A stretch of DNA of 64,000 nucleotides from Octopus vulgaris (taxonomy: Eukaryota). A program made the translations under genes and the position numbers. Shown in pieces: positions 39,800 to 54,614 of this stretch. The number at the start of each line of letters is the position of its first letter. The first letter of the stretch is position 1. The notes under the pieces are model-generated. The model was not told the origin of the DNA and made no database searches. It saw only the letters and a program-made list of their open reading frames with translations. The stretch covers positions 21,018,001 to 21,082,000 of the forward strand of contig OX597832.1 of NCBI GenBank assembly GCA_951406725.2. Direction: 5' to 3'.

Positions 39800-40325
39800 T
39801 GCCCTGATGCAATAAAAGTTAGTGGATCTCATGGCTTCTCATGGCTTAACTGATTGGAAGTGTTATCATGTACATTGTTTTGTCTTGGTATAAAAGATGG
39901 CCTCCATCAAATATTCTGCTCAACACAGACAGATTTGCTTGGCAGTTGTTTGACCTTGTGACTGACGATATGAGAACCTCTGATCACGAGCAGAAGTAGT
40001 GGGGGAGTATCATAGCCATGCGTTCAGAGGAATTCGTTAGGGTTTGGATAATTCGTCTCTAGAAACATGGGTGTTTCGTTCAGCATCTTTAAACAACCCT
40101 TATTCAGGGACCTTCTGAGCGGGATGGTTTACTCATGGGCCCCATCTGTCAGGTGATGTGTTGTTTACCTTGATACGAAATCACTATTTCACGCACATAT
40201 GTTTGTGATACATATGCCTATGTGCCTGGTACGCCCTTATCAGACGGGTAGCCATGATGGGTGTACTGGGCTTCGTATATTCTACCCCAGTGTCACTTTG
40301 ATGGCATGCACTGCTCTCTAACTCA
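39800..40325 (+). mobile_element. ~550-bp TAA-associated retroposon, copy 4
   Basis: tgccctgatgca...ctgattggaagtgttatcatgtacattgttttgtcttggtataaaagatggg...gatggcatgcactgctctctaactca, then taataacaac/(AAT)n. Confidence 0.86.
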
Positions 40326-40407
40326 GTAATAACAACAACAACAACAACAATAACTATAATAATAATAATATTAATAATAATAAAAACAACAACAATGATG
40401 ATACTAA

Positions 40408-40514
<107 letters not shown>

Positions 40515-40809
40515 GTGGTAAAAATAATAATAATAATAATGGAATATCAACAGAGTGAAGTTCCATCATCTAAGATACTTTGATGACAACGTGACAATAT
40601 TAAAAAAAATGAAGGGAAGAATTTTAAAACAGTAAATAAAAGAATAAAGGAAAGAGAATAAAAATTATTCATTTTTCCTGTCTTTCATTTAAATATATAT
40701 TCTTTGTATGGAGAGTGTTGTCTTCTGTTGGTGTAGATTTCAAATATGTGATTATACATTCAATGCATTCGTGTGCTAGGGAATATATGAGAACACGCAT
40801 ATGCATTCA

Positions 40810-40811
40810 TT

Positions 40812-40870
<59 letters not shown>

Positions 40871-41204
40871 GTGTATATGTGTGTGCGCATGTGTGCGTGT
40901 GTATGCATATATATATGTTATTATATGCATATAGACACAATTTATATATATGTGTATGTAAATATGTGTGCGTGTATATATACATATATATTTGTATGTA
41001 TGTATATATATATAAATACATACATATATATATATATTATATGTATATATATATATATACACATGTATATTTATATATGCATTTATGAATATATATATAT
41101 ATACATATGTCTGTGTGCGCGTGCATCTGTGTGCGTTCGTGTGTACGTATACATCTGCATACATATACAAATATATACATACAGACATGTATATATACGC
41201 ACGA

Positions 41205-41267
<63 letters not shown>

Positions 41268-41680
41268 TGCTTGCATGTATATGTATACCATCATATGCAT
41301 ATATATATATATATCATTACATGCATATAGACAAAATTTATATATATATATATATATATGTATATATGTGTGTGTAAATGTGTGTGCGTGTCTATATATA
41401 TATATTTATATATATTCATATATACATATATATATATATAAATATATGTATATACATATACATATGTGTGTGTGCGTGTTTCTGTGTGTGTTTGTGTGTA
41501 CATATACATCTGCATATATTTGTATGAACATATATGCATATATATATGTGTGTGTGTGTGTGTTGTGTGTGTGTATGTATATATATGTATATATATATGT
41601 ATATATCTGTGCGTGCGTCTGTGTGTGTGTGTATATAATTTTATATATATTCAAATATACATACACACATGTACGTATTT
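40810..41680. repeat. (AT)/(GT) microsatellite block containing a ~370-390-bp tandem duplication
   Basis: tgcatatagaca.aatttatata at ~40925 and ~41322; atacatctgcata at ~41149 and ~41504. Confidence 0.85.
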
Positions 41681-42237
41681 GCATAATGACATTTATAGCT
41701 TCAATTCAGACACTGTATTTGACAAGAATGAATAGTCTCACTTTATTTTTGAAAGACAATCTTTAAATAAATATAATAAATATATACGGCGGAAGGAAGA
41801 AAAAATTAAGCGATACAGAAAAAGACACAGTGAAAGAATTAGACTTAAATGATGATTTATCTCCCGTTACTACCTCTTCAATTTTTTTGTCCTTTCGATT
41901 TATTTCCTCTTTTTTTTACTACCTTCATCTCTTTTCTTCTTCATTTCTTCTATCGTTATTTGCGAGTATGCTATTTTGATATGTATAATTTATAAGACAG
42001 CACAAATATAAAATTTGAAATGTAACATCTATATATAACTTTCAAAGCTTTTACTATATATGAATATTCTACTGGTACAGACGTGCAAATATACACGTTC
42101 ATATAGCAACTTACATAGCGCCATACTTATTTATTAAAGGAAGCACGCGCGCACAAGCGTGTGTGTGTGTGAGTCTGAGTGTATGTGTGTGGCTGTACCT
42201 GTCTGTGTTTGTATTTGTGTGTGTGTGTGTCTTTTAT

Positions 42238-42628
42238 AGTTTACTTATTTCAGTCATTAGACTACGGCCATGCTGGAACACAGCCTTGGAAGACCTTTAG
42301 TTGAATAAATCAACCCCAACAATTCTTTTCTTTAAGCTTGGGGCATATGTTATCGGTTTGCTGAAACGCCTGGTTATAAGGCCATAAACACACCAACACT
42401 GGTTGTTAAACGGTGATGGGGGGGGGGTGACACAGATAAAAAGACACACATACATGGACATATGTGCTTATATATAGGGAGGTCTTCGTTCAGTTCCTAT
42501 CTATGAAATCCACTCTCAAGGTTTTGTTCGGACCGAGGTTATAGTTGAAGACACTTGCCCAAGGTGCCAGGCAGTGGAACTGAACCTGGAACCATGTGGT
42601 TGGGAAGCAAGCTTCTTACTACACCCCT
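42238..42628 (-). mobile_element. SINE family A, diverged
   Basis: tttcagtcattagactacggccatgctggaacac...gaagacacttgcccaaggtgcca...ggaaccatgtggttgggaagcaagcttcttactacac. Confidence 0.8.
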
Positions 42629-43174
42629 GCGTCTATACATATATATGTATATGTGTGTGTGTATGTGTGTTTGTGTGTATGTATACACATACTGAAACAA
42701 ACACACATACTCATACGCACACACATACACACACATAAAAGCACAAATACAATACATACTTTTATAGGTGTTTTTTTTACTAAACTGTACCAATGCTGAG
42801 ACACAATAAACACTTTAAGGCATAAAATGCAACGGGTCACGATTGTGGCCGTCAGGCACAGGTCGACAGGCCACGATCGTGGCCCAGATAGATGCATTTA
42901 ATTCATGGGCGTTTGTAGGGGTCTAATGTCAATCAAACACTCAGATACCCCCCAGAATGCAAAAGGATATAGTTCAACTAATGACTTTTCAGATTATGTA
43001 AAACTTGCCACCATTATATACTAAGAAGATATTTTAACTATTTTTTTTACCTTATTATGTGTGCATGGTAGTCTCATTTTCATAAAATGTGCTCAGCACG
43101 CCGTGCTATGTAAGTGCAAATCTCAGCGCTTTATGGGTTAAAGATATAGTCGAGCAGTACTTGACTGCAACTTT

Positions 43175-43415
43175 ATTTAATCGACACGACACGCAATGTA
43201 GAGGCTGGAGGGACTTACTCTTAAAACGCAAAGAGCCGGAAGAAATGCCGCTAACCATTTAGTTCGACGTGATAAGGATTCAACTACAACAACCACAACA
43301 ATCATAATAGTAATAACGATTTCAAATCTTGGTACAAGGCCAGCAATATTTTTGTAGGATGAGTAGTAAGTCAATTACATCGACACCAGTATATGACTGG
43401 TACTTATTCTATCGA
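43175..43415 (-). mobile_element. SINE family B fragments
   Basis: atttaatcgac...gaaatgccgctaacc; caaatcttggtacaaggccagc...gtcaattacatcgacaccagt..ctggtacttatt. Confidence 0.6.
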
Positions 43416-43888
43416 GAAAAGTAAGTAAATAAATACATAAATTAAGTAAGAAATGGAAACAGTAAACAGACAACCACAAAAATTATATGACCTAAATTCA
43501 TTTTGGTTATAAAATAGTTCAACATGTTTCACAAAAATAAAACAAAATCTTCATCGCACAGTCGATAACTTACATTACTCTCAATCATAAACTATCATTA
43601 ATAATGTATGAGAAAAAACCGTAACTCAGAAGACTTCCCGCTGACAAGTAAAAATATCCGTAAACATGAAAGCCAGTTAATAACCATCACATGATTAATG
43701 CAAACCTTAAGTCGTAGAGTTTATGACTTTAGAACTCATATACTGGACATACTGCAATCACAATTTCACGCAGTATGATTATGCATCTACAACAAGGAAT
43801 CATGGCAACTTGTTATAATATAAAGCGTACTACAAAGCAAATTTTGATGGAAGATGATAGCTCAAGTATTTGATGACGTATTTAAAAA

Positions 43889-44290
43889 TGCGCAGGAGTA
43901 GCTGTGTGGAAAGTAGCTTGTTTACCAACCGCATGACTCCGGGTTCAGTCCCGCTACGTGGCACCTTGGGCAAGTGTCTTCTACTACAGCTTCGGGCCGA
44001 CCAAAGCTTTGTGAGTGGATTTGGCCGACGGAAACTGAAAGAATCCCGTCGTATATTTATATGTATGTATGTGTCTGTGTGTCTGTGTTTGTCCCGCCAC
44101 CATCGCTTGACAACCGATGCTGGTGTGTTGACGTCTCCGTAATTTAGCGATTCGGCGAAAGGGACAGATAGAATAAGTACTAGTCTTACAAAGAATAAGT
44201 GCTGGGGTCGATTTGCTCGACTAAAAGCGGAGCTCCATCATAGCAGTAGTCAAATGACTGAAGCAGATAAAAGAATCAAAGAATAAAATA
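43889..44290 (+). mobile_element. Full-length SINE family A
   Basis: gcgcaggagtagctgtgtgg...gggttcagtcccgc..gtggcaccttgggcaagtgtcttct...ggggtcgatttgctcgact...gtcaaatgactgaagcagataaaagaat. Confidence 0.9.
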
Positions 44291-44339
44291 ATATGTGTGT
44301 GTGTGTGTGTTTGCATGTATGTATATGTATATATATATA

Positions 44340-44600
44340 TCACGCTATCGACCAGACAATCGGACGTTGTAATACATCGCTAGTCACAATGCGCTTCACA
44401 TTGTTTCAGCTTTCGAATGACGCCCGCCCCGGACTGGAAAGTATTCTGTCGCCGTATTATGCGTTTGGAGCTGACTGAACTGGAAAAACGTGAATTGGAA
44501 GTGTTTTTGTTCAATAATGCGACGCGATACCCAATACAGGAATCGAAACCACAATCTGGTGATCGTGAGTACAGCACTGTAACCACTAAACCTCGCGCCT
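44340..44600 (-). mobile_element. SINE family C copy
   Basis: Minus strand aggcgcgaggtttagtggtta..gtactcacgatc..gtggtttcgattcct..cgcattattgaacaaaaacactt. Confidence 0.75.
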
Positions 44601-44679
44601 TCACACACATATAGAAAGAGAGAGAGAGAGAAACTGGCAAACGGGAACAACCTGTATGTATATATAAGAAAATACATAA

Positions 44680-44732
<53 letters not shown>

Positions 44733-44822
44733 AATATATATATATATGCATGTATATATATATATATGAATATATATATGCATGTATATATATATATATA
44801 TATATATATGAATATATATATA

Positions 44823-44865
<43 letters not shown>

Positions 44866-44866
44866 A

Positions 44867-44918
<52 letters not shown>

Positions 44919-44967
44919 TATAAATATGCATGTATATATATATATGTATGATATATATATATGCATG

Positions 44968-45019
<52 letters not shown>

Positions 45020-45049
45020 TATACATACATATGTATATACATATGTATA

Positions 45050-45080
<31 letters not shown>

Positions 45081-45120
45081 AACATGTGTGTGTGTGCGCG
45101 TGTATGTGTTTGTGTGAGTG
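44680..45120. repeat. (AT)n/(AC)n microsatellite
   Basis: Direct inspection. Confidence 0.95.
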
Positions 45121-45554
45121 TGTATAATTTCCCCAAATTACGAACAAAAGAGTTAAAAGATTTGGCATGGAAGATTGCCAAGTACGCTTCCACCCCCATA
45201 TCGATATTGTGTTATTCCAACTCAACCCCCTGGCCTTTATGAATGGTTTTTTCCCCTTAACTACTTTTAGTTCTAATTATACATTTTTAACCTTGCTCAA
45301 TGGAGTACTAAACAGTGTTTGTTTATATAGCATTAAAAAAAAAGTGGTTTTGCCGTTGAGGGTAAATTGAGGCCGAGAGCAAGTTTTTATATCCGTCATC
45401 GACTCCGAAACAAAGACCATGTTATCAATTTTTTTCCCCCGTAAACATTAATTCAACAGTGAATTTCTGTATCTTTAAGCTATTTCCCTTTTTCATTTAA
45501 ATGATTATGTTTTTGTGTTCCTTATTTAACCGTGAGGGGAATTCGGTAAATAAA

Positions 45555-46152
45555 TCTCTTTATTGCCTACAGGGGGCTAAACGTAGAGGGGACAAACAAA
45601 GACAGACAAAGGGATTAAATTGATTACATCGACCCCAGTTCGTAACTGGTACTTATTTAATCTACCTCGAAAGGATGAAATGCAATGTCGACCTTGGCGG
45701 AATTTGAATTCAGAACGTAAAGACAGACGAAATACCTATTTCTTTACTACCCACTAGGGGTTAAGCACAGAGAGGACAAACAAGGACAGACAAACAGATT
45801 AAGTCGATTATATCGACTCCAGTGCGTAACTGGTACTTATTTAATCGACCCCGAAAGGATGAAAGGCAAAGTTGACTTCGGCGGAATTTGAACTCAGCAC
45901 GAAACGGCAGACGAAATATCTATTTCTTTATTACCCACAAGGGGCTAAACACAGAGGGGACAAACAAGGACAGACAAACGGATGAAGTCGATTGCATCGA
46001 CCCCAGTACGCAACTGGTGCTTAATTTATCGACCCCGAAAGGATAAAAGGTAACGTCGACTTCGGCAGAATTTGAACTTAGAATGTAGCAACAGGGGAAA
46101 TAATGCTAAGCATTTCATCCAGCGTGCTAACAATTCTGCCAGCTCGCCGCCC
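45555..46152 (-). mobile_element. Trimeric SINE family B array, second locus
   Basis: One head (ggcggcgagctggcagaattgttagcacg) plus three bodies; junctions gaaatacctatttcttta at ~45730 and gaaatatctatttcttta at ~45913. Confidence 0.9.
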
Positions 46153-46448
46153 TTAACACATTCATGTACCGATCGTCCGTTTAAACTGACACATAATTTA
46201 TAAGGGTATAAAACAAATACTTAATACAAATTGTAATTTGTTTATGATCTGTATCAAATAATGCAACGTGTTCTTAATGAGTATGCAGTCTGAATCAAAC
46301 GGATATCAATGAAATTTTTTCAGTTGTTATTTAGGTCAAGATAATATTATCTCGGTTTTCAGAAAATTTCATTCACTAGAAAAGTTTCGGCACGAATGGT
46401 TTAATAGTACATAATAATGGATTTTACATAGTACAAACGTTATCTGGT

Positions 46449-46720
46449 GGAGGAACATGACCTAGTGGTCAAAGCAGCGGACCGCGGTCGAGGGATCGCG
46501 GGTTTGAATCTCAGACCGGGCGATGTGTGTGTTTATGAGCGAAACACCTAAGCTCCACGCGGCTCCAGAAGGTAATGGCGAACTTCTGCTGACTCTTTCG
46601 TCGGATAGAGACGGATAGAATAAGTACTAGGCTTACAAAGAATAAGTCCTGTGGTCGATTTGCTCGACTAAAGGCGGTGCTCCAGCATGGCAACAGTCAC
46701 ATGACTGAAACAAGTAAGAG
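46449..46720 (+). mobile_element. Chimeric SINE: family C-type head fused to family A 3' half
   Basis: catgacctagtggtcaaagc...gcgggtttgaatctc...tttatgagcgaaacacc, then gatagaataagtact...gtcgatttgctcgactaaaggcggtgctccagcatgg...gaaacaagtaag. Confidence 0.78.
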
Positions 46721-47334
46721 AGAGAGAGAGAGAGAGTTATATTTGATAAGTTTTTGTTTCTCTCGAAACGGCATATATATAATTTCATGAATACGAAAGC
46801 ATAAACTCTATATTTTTGCTTGTTATATTGAGTACGAATATTCAAAAAAAATTTCCTTCCTTTTATCTATGTCAGAATCTTGCTTCACCCATATTTCATT
46901 TGCGTATCTTCTTTCCTTTTGGCCACGAGGTGCCTAATTTGGTCCTTACTCATTGGGAGAGGCTATGCTTAATTACTTTCAACGTTGTTGTGTTTTGTCA
47001 ACATCTGTTAAATGTACGCGGCCATTATATCTATTTGTAACTAATTGTTTTCTCATGTTTTATGTTCTTCCAGAAGTACTTCACATTGTCATTTTATCAA
47101 ACGGGCATCTTCATCATATGGTCTCTTAGAAATCTCGTTCCTTTTTAACATTTTCAGTAAATTATTGAATATTACAGACACATCCTACAGACACACGCAA
47201 ATACAAGCAAAGACACATACACTCAGTTCATACATATATTCAGAAATATATATATACACGAACACACATCAATAAGCCAATGCATACACATATATTAATG
47301 CATATGTATCAGTGTTTATGCGCATGTATGTATG

Positions 47335-47374
<40 letters not shown>

Positions 47375-47448
47375 TCTATATAAATATAAATATATATATA
47401 TATATAAATATCTATATATATATATCTATATATATATATATATATAAT

Positions 47449-47519
<71 letters not shown>

Positions 47520-47647
47520 TTATACATATATACACATATATCTATACATATATATATATTTATATATGTACATACATGTACATATAAAGAGAGAGGTGGG
47601 AAATGTGCAAACAGAAATAATACACATATGTATAGATGTGTGTGCGT

Positions 47648-47703
<56 letters not shown>

Positions 47704-47999
47704 TTATTATTTTTATTATTATTATCAGCATCATCATCATCATCATTTTTTTCTTATTATTATATATGTGTGCATAAATGCATATACATAGGTATATATA
47801 TATATATATATGTATGTATGTGTGTGTGTATGTATGTATGGTTGCACACATATATAGACACCTTCATATACAATTATATGTATAAAATAAATTCATATAT
47901 ACGTACAAATGTACGTAAATGTGTGTGTGTGTAATTAAGAAATGTTTTTGAACAAATATACTTTTTATGTACATAAATATGCACATACATACATACATG

Positions 48000-48031
<32 letters not shown>

Positions 48032-48184
48032 CATACATACATATACATGTATCCATACGTATGTATTGAAGAATATATATACGCATGCATGTATGCATGT
48101 ATGTAATTTGCGTATCTCTATGTATGTATGTATGTATGTATGTATGCATGTATGTATGTATATATGTATGTATGTATTCGCGTG

Positions 48185-48355
48185 TACCACAGCGCTTCAT
48201 GCTGAGAGCTTCTTTGCATGTCTTTACGTAGAGTAGTTCGCCGTAACAAGCAGAAGGCAACACTCACATGCTTCACACAGTTGTTCTCCCAGCAAGTAGC
48301 TTCCACGTTATTTAGTATTTATTAAATTTCCTCTTCTCAGCTTCGAGTCTTCTTA
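48185..48355 (-). pseudogene. Possible highly decayed RTE C-terminal remnant next to (TGTA)n
   Basis: Minus-strand peptides ATCWENNC and QHEAL echo DTDWENNTC and QHEEL of the 25813 element. Confidence 0.3.
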
Positions 48356-48974
48356 TGCTGAAGCTGGCTGTAACTGCAAAATGCTTCAGTATTATTATAC
48401 ATAGATATTGCTGGCGTCATATCTTACCCTTGTTAGAGCTGTTATTGTCGTATTTGTCGACATTATTAACGTCAATGCCGTTCAACGCCGCCATTGATGT
48501 TACCGCTCTTACGACTGTCCTGTCGCCATTTTCGTCACCATCATCTACTCATCTTTGTTAATATTGTTATCGTTATTATTGCGTTTCTTACTTGGCAATA
48601 AGGTGAATGTATCAAAGACAAAGCCCTCGTGTAAGTATGTGTGTGTCAGTGTGTCTGCGTGGGGTATGCTTGCGCGTTTGTGCGAGCTTCTGTGTGTGTT
48701 TTTACGCGTGTCTATATGTGTGTGAGTGTGTCTGTGTTGGGTGTGATTGTACGTTTGTGCGTGTTTCTGTCTATGTGTGTTTATGTGTGTGTAAATGTGT
48801 GTGAGGGTGTCTGCGTAGAGTGTATTTGTATGTATTTGTGCATATGTGTCTGTTTATGTGTGTGTGCGCGAGCGTGCACGTCATGCAATCGATTGAATCG
48901 ACCAGTTTGTATTACTGGTATATGTAATGAATGTCTTCATACAGATTCTACCAATCTCTATTTAGTAGTTATCC

Positions 48975-49174
48975 TTTATTATGTTTTCAAATCATTAAAC
49001 TGCGGCCATGCTGGAGCATCGTCTACAATAATTTTGGCTGAACGAATCGAACTTCGTACTTATTTTTTGAAGATTACTACTTATTCAACAGGCCTATTTT
49101 GCTGAAACTCAAAGTTAAAGGGACGTAAATCCACCAACACTGGTTGTTAAGAGTGATGGAGGGAGGACAAACAT

Positions 49175-49180
<6 letters not shown>
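48975..49180 (-). mobile_element. SINE family A 3' half, diverged
   Basis: ctgcggccatgctggagca...gctgaaactc..gggacgtaaatccaccaacactggttgttaag..ggacaaaca. Confidence 0.7.
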
Positions 49181-49249
<69 letters not shown>

Positions 49250-52170
49250 TATATATGTATATATATATGCATAAATATATGTATATATATATGCATAAAT
49301 ATATATATATATATATACTACATCTATAAATTGATAGTCACATATGTGGAGAGATGTATAATATATCTATACATCCAACATATAAGCATGCATACATACA
49401 TGCATACATACACATACATACATGCAAACATACATACATACATACATACATACATACATACATACATACATACATAATGGGTTATCGTATGTTTCGTCTC
49501 ACTGAGATCGATAACGTTCCTATCACTTATAATGCGATTGTAAGGCATCAACATTTGGTAAATTCATGAAAACTAATCCAGATGTTTAGAGGTCATTAAT
49601 TTACTTGATCACTGTCACACGTGGTTTACATCTGCCACAGATTCTTTTTTGTTAATACTACTGTACATTCACTGATATTGTTGCTCTTTAAAGCCAATTG
49701 TACCTTTGATTATGCCCCCTAAAACACAATCATATATTGTGAACTGCGCGGTAAAGAAGCAAAATGTAATGATGTGATACTAATTCTTTTCAAAGAGTGT
49801 TAACACTCTAAAACCTCGAGAGTGGTTCATCGATGAGGGCCTTGTTTTATAGAATAGAGTTTAGGTCCATTTTATTGTGTATAGTATTAACAAATTGTGA
49901 CAGAAGATTATATTATTGTTTGCTGTCATCGAAAATAACGTGAATGAACTCAAATAACAGTAACAGAATGTAATAAAATAAACATTTTCAGAAAGAGTCC
50001 TTATGCTCTAGTGGTAGCTGCTTTAGAGCAATAATGGAGAAGATTCTGGAAAAAAATTGCCATTGAATAGTGTAAAATATTTCCTTAGCGACGACTGAAT
50101 ATTTAGGAGTATTCTGAATATTCAAATGAAAGCCTTTGTGTTTCTAAGCAGGACAGAATCATTTTAGATTTAATTAATTATGCAAATGGTTTTTCTTCTT
50201 GCAGCACTTCGGTGCTAAAGGTAGCAAAACTCGACGGAAATAGCAGCTACAAGAGAGTAATAATGTCGACTTGATTGCCCCAGCTGTCAATCAAATGCTG
50301 AATGAATAATATGGTATCATTGTACAAGAGACAACAAATAACAGAAGCACAAACCACATTAGCACGAAGTGATGAAAGGTTTGCAAATTAGAAGTTATTT
50401 TCAGTTTGCAATAGAACTGTTCCTAGGGTCTGAGCAAAGGAATTTTGTATTTGAGCAACGCGTGATGGTTATGCATATGAAGAGAGTAAACAAAAAATAT
50501 AAAGTGATCGGCATAAAGGGAAACGTTTTGGATGATAACCATCAAGACTGTTCAATATCAGAATCGCAACATCTAGAATCATTTTACTAGAATCATCTTG
50601 CTGGTACCTCTTCAATTCCTAGTGTATAATAATATAGATGTCTTGCAAGAGAATTCAAATGATTAGTCTGATATTTAAGTTTGATTTAGATTACATACAG
50701 AAACGTAATTATATTTAGGAAGTGGATTCGTAGTAACTGTTATTGTAAATAAATGACTATTTTTTATCATAAATTCTACGTAAGGATTTATGGGTACCAA
50801 CGCATTTATTTAGGTATTTATTTACTCTTTGAGCTGTTATTGTTCCCTTTGGTTTCAGATACCAAGCGGGACAGATGTAGGGTGGATGGAATACTTAACT
50901 TTCTTGTAAATAAGTCATTCGAAATTAACTACTGATTACGCGCTTTGGCTGCCAGGCCAGAATAAAATACATAGGTGGCACGCAAAGCATTGGTGTAAAA
51001 TATACACACATTATCTCAATTCAAATATGGTTGAGACACATTAAATTACATGTGAGTAACAACAGTTTATGCCATTAATTTCCTTCCATAGTTAAAGAGA
51101 TTCGTACAAAGACGGTAGGCGTATAATACACACTATTTTCATTTTTTAGCAAAGACACAGAACAGCATAATTTACCTTGTTTAATCTTATTACAGTTTTG
51201 TTAATGCAGCTGCGCAGTCACTGATATTGCTGCTTTTTAAAGTCAAGTTTACCCTTCATTATGCCTCCTAAACATATTGCGAACGATGCGGTAAAGAAGC
51301 AAAACGTAACGATGTGATATCAAATCTTTTCAAAGAGTATTTGTAAAAATATAATTACAGGCTTTTAAATACTGAGCCTAAATCCACTGGGGACAACTTT
51401 GATATTCACTTCCTTCCAGGGTCGATAAAATAAGTACAAATGTGATACTGGCTCGTTTATACACTGATTTACAATGTCTAAACCAGTTCCAATGTGTTAA
51501 TGTTAGCAAGCATTATTATATTCTTTGATTACTCTGCCAAGCAGAGAAAACGTCAGGATGAGTGGTTTTGCCTTTGATTTATTCCATTTCTAAATAAATC
51601 TATTTCTCCAATTCAACACAAAAATATGTGCAAAAATAGATAACATTATGAATGATTGCATTAAAATAAATATGATTCATGAGACATGGCCATATGTTTC
51701 TCTCTGTATAAACTATTCAGAGGATTTGGGTATTGGTTCATTTGATGGAATTTATAACTAATACTAAAGGGAAGAATTTGTGAACGCATGAGATTTCATA
51801 ATGTGGAGGATAAGGTCATTTTTATATTAAACTGAAATGAATTAGAGTGGAAGGCATAAGACTCTGTATACGTTTAAGGACGGAGGTGAAGTGTGATTGA
51901 GACAAAAGGGTGAGAAAGAAGTAGAGGAAATTAAAATACTGACAGAACTAACTAGGGTGAAGAGGTAAACTGTGGTGGAAGTGGCAAGTGTAATTTAATT
52001 TAGACAATAGTGAATGTGAGCAGACGCAGAAATGAAGCGCTTTAACATATATTTTTGTGTGAGTTAGTGTGAGTATATATGTAACATATGTACATAAATG
52101 AATATGTTTGTATATCTGAAATATCTATATACATATATGTGCCCGTGTGTGTATAATGTGTGTGCAAACA

Positions 52171-52209
<39 letters not shown>

Positions 52210-52447
52210 ATATATAAATATATAAATATATATATGAATATATATATATACATATGTATATGTATATATATATATGTAGATATATATATATATATCTATA
52301 TATATACGTACATATGTATATACATAAATATACATATATATATACATATATATACACATATATATATGCATATATATGTATGTATTTATATATATATAAA
52401 CATATATTAACATATATATACATATATATATACATAAGTATATATAG

Positions 52448-52501
<54 letters not shown>

Positions 52502-53269
52502 CTAGTATTCTTCCATCCGTACTTCACCTCGGCGAGACGAAGATTAACAAGATTATGTTTTCCGTATCATTCACTAATAGTTATTGAGGAAAAATTACAT
52601 GAACATCACAACTTCTTAATTTTCACTCACACCCCACCAACATCCCTCCCGTAACCCCCACACGCTCACACACACATATCGCTTATAATACCTTAAAACA
52701 TAAAAAAATAACGAACATATATTATTACTGGTTTATGTTATATGCATTTATTTATCTGTTGTTTTTTTTGTAATATATTTCTTTGTTTTCTTCGCTGATA
52801 TTTTATTTTTTAAATATTTTTTTACTCATTATTTTTCTTCCCTGCATCTATCACTATTTTCTCATAATTTTTGTTTTAAATCTTTTGGCATTTTGCTACT
52901 TGTTTTTGTTTTTTGTTTTTTGTTTTTTGTTTAGTTTTCCATGCATACTTTTTTTAACTTTATCTATTTCCCCTCCTTCTAACATGCCACCCCGCTCGTA
53001 TGTTTTGTTTGTTTTTTTTAAAAATTCATTTTCTGTTTTTTTTTTTTTTCTTCCTTCCTTTCTTTTCTCCTTTCTTCTTTATTTGTTTACGTTATAGGAC
53101 CAGTATGATTTTGTTTTCAGGGGAAATATTAGAAAAATATTGATAATAGCATCTTAAAAACTCTGAAATGGCTTCCTAAGCATTTTATAGTAATAAAATA
53201 TATTGATAACAGTTTTCTACATTCACAATTATTTACGTTTATTCCTATTATTTTTTGTTGTTGCTGTTG

Positions 53270-53510
<241 letters not shown>

Positions 53511-53733
53511 ATACTAGTAGTAGTAGTAGCAGTAGTAGTAGTATGATTATTGTTTTTTGTGTTTGTTATTGTTGTTGTTGCTGTTGGTAAGAATGAAGAG
53601 GATGAGAATATTTTATTTAAGCTGTTTTTTTAAAAAATAATATTTTATTATTTTCGTCGTTGTTGCTGTTGTGTTGCTGTTGCTAGATGTGAAGCGTCTT
53701 TTTTCTCATATTCACATATATGTATGCATGTCC

Positions 53734-53779
<46 letters not shown>

Positions 53780-53783
<4 letters not shown>

Positions 53784-53859
53784 ATATCTATGCATACCTA
53801 CATTTATGAATATATCCCTATGTATATATACATATACGTATATATACGTATACAAACCC

Positions 53860-53904
<45 letters not shown>

Positions 53905-54195
53905 CATATATACATATATATACATGCATATATATAAATGTGCATATCTATACATACCTACGTTTATAATTTATCCCATTGTATATAAACGTATATATGT
54001 ATATCAATGTACACACCCAACACACACACGGATATATATATGTATACATATATTTGGGTGTATGAATATATATATATAAAGTGTATATCTAGGCATACCT
54101 ACATTTAAAATATATCCCTATGTATATATACATATATGTATATCAATGTACACCTCACCACACACACACATGGATATATATATATATATATGAAT
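53780..54195. repeat. Three ~140-160-bp tandem units built from decayed TA repeats
   Basis: tg.atatcta..catacctac.ttta..at.tatccc at ~53781, 53941 and 54082. Confidence 0.75.
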
Positions 54196-54236
54196 ATATA
54201 TGTGGCGAATTGTACATTGATATGCATATATGTATG

Positions 54237-54267
<31 letters not shown>

Positions 54268-54551
54268 TTATGTGTGTGTGTGTGTATGTATGCATCAATA
54301 AATGTATAGATTTATGTATGTTTGTATAGCTTAATAATTTGATTAAGTATGAGGGAAATTTTTGTGGATTTTTTTAAACATTTGAATATAAATCTCCTAA
54401 TATGAAATGACATTTTAATTTATTCATTATCATGTTATTTATATTCCCTTCTCTTCTTAAACTCACTGAATGCCTTCTCCAATATAAACTTATCAATTAT
54501 TAGTATTATCATTCTTCTACTTATTCGTATTACTACTACAACTACCACTAC

Positions 54552-54614
<63 letters not shown>

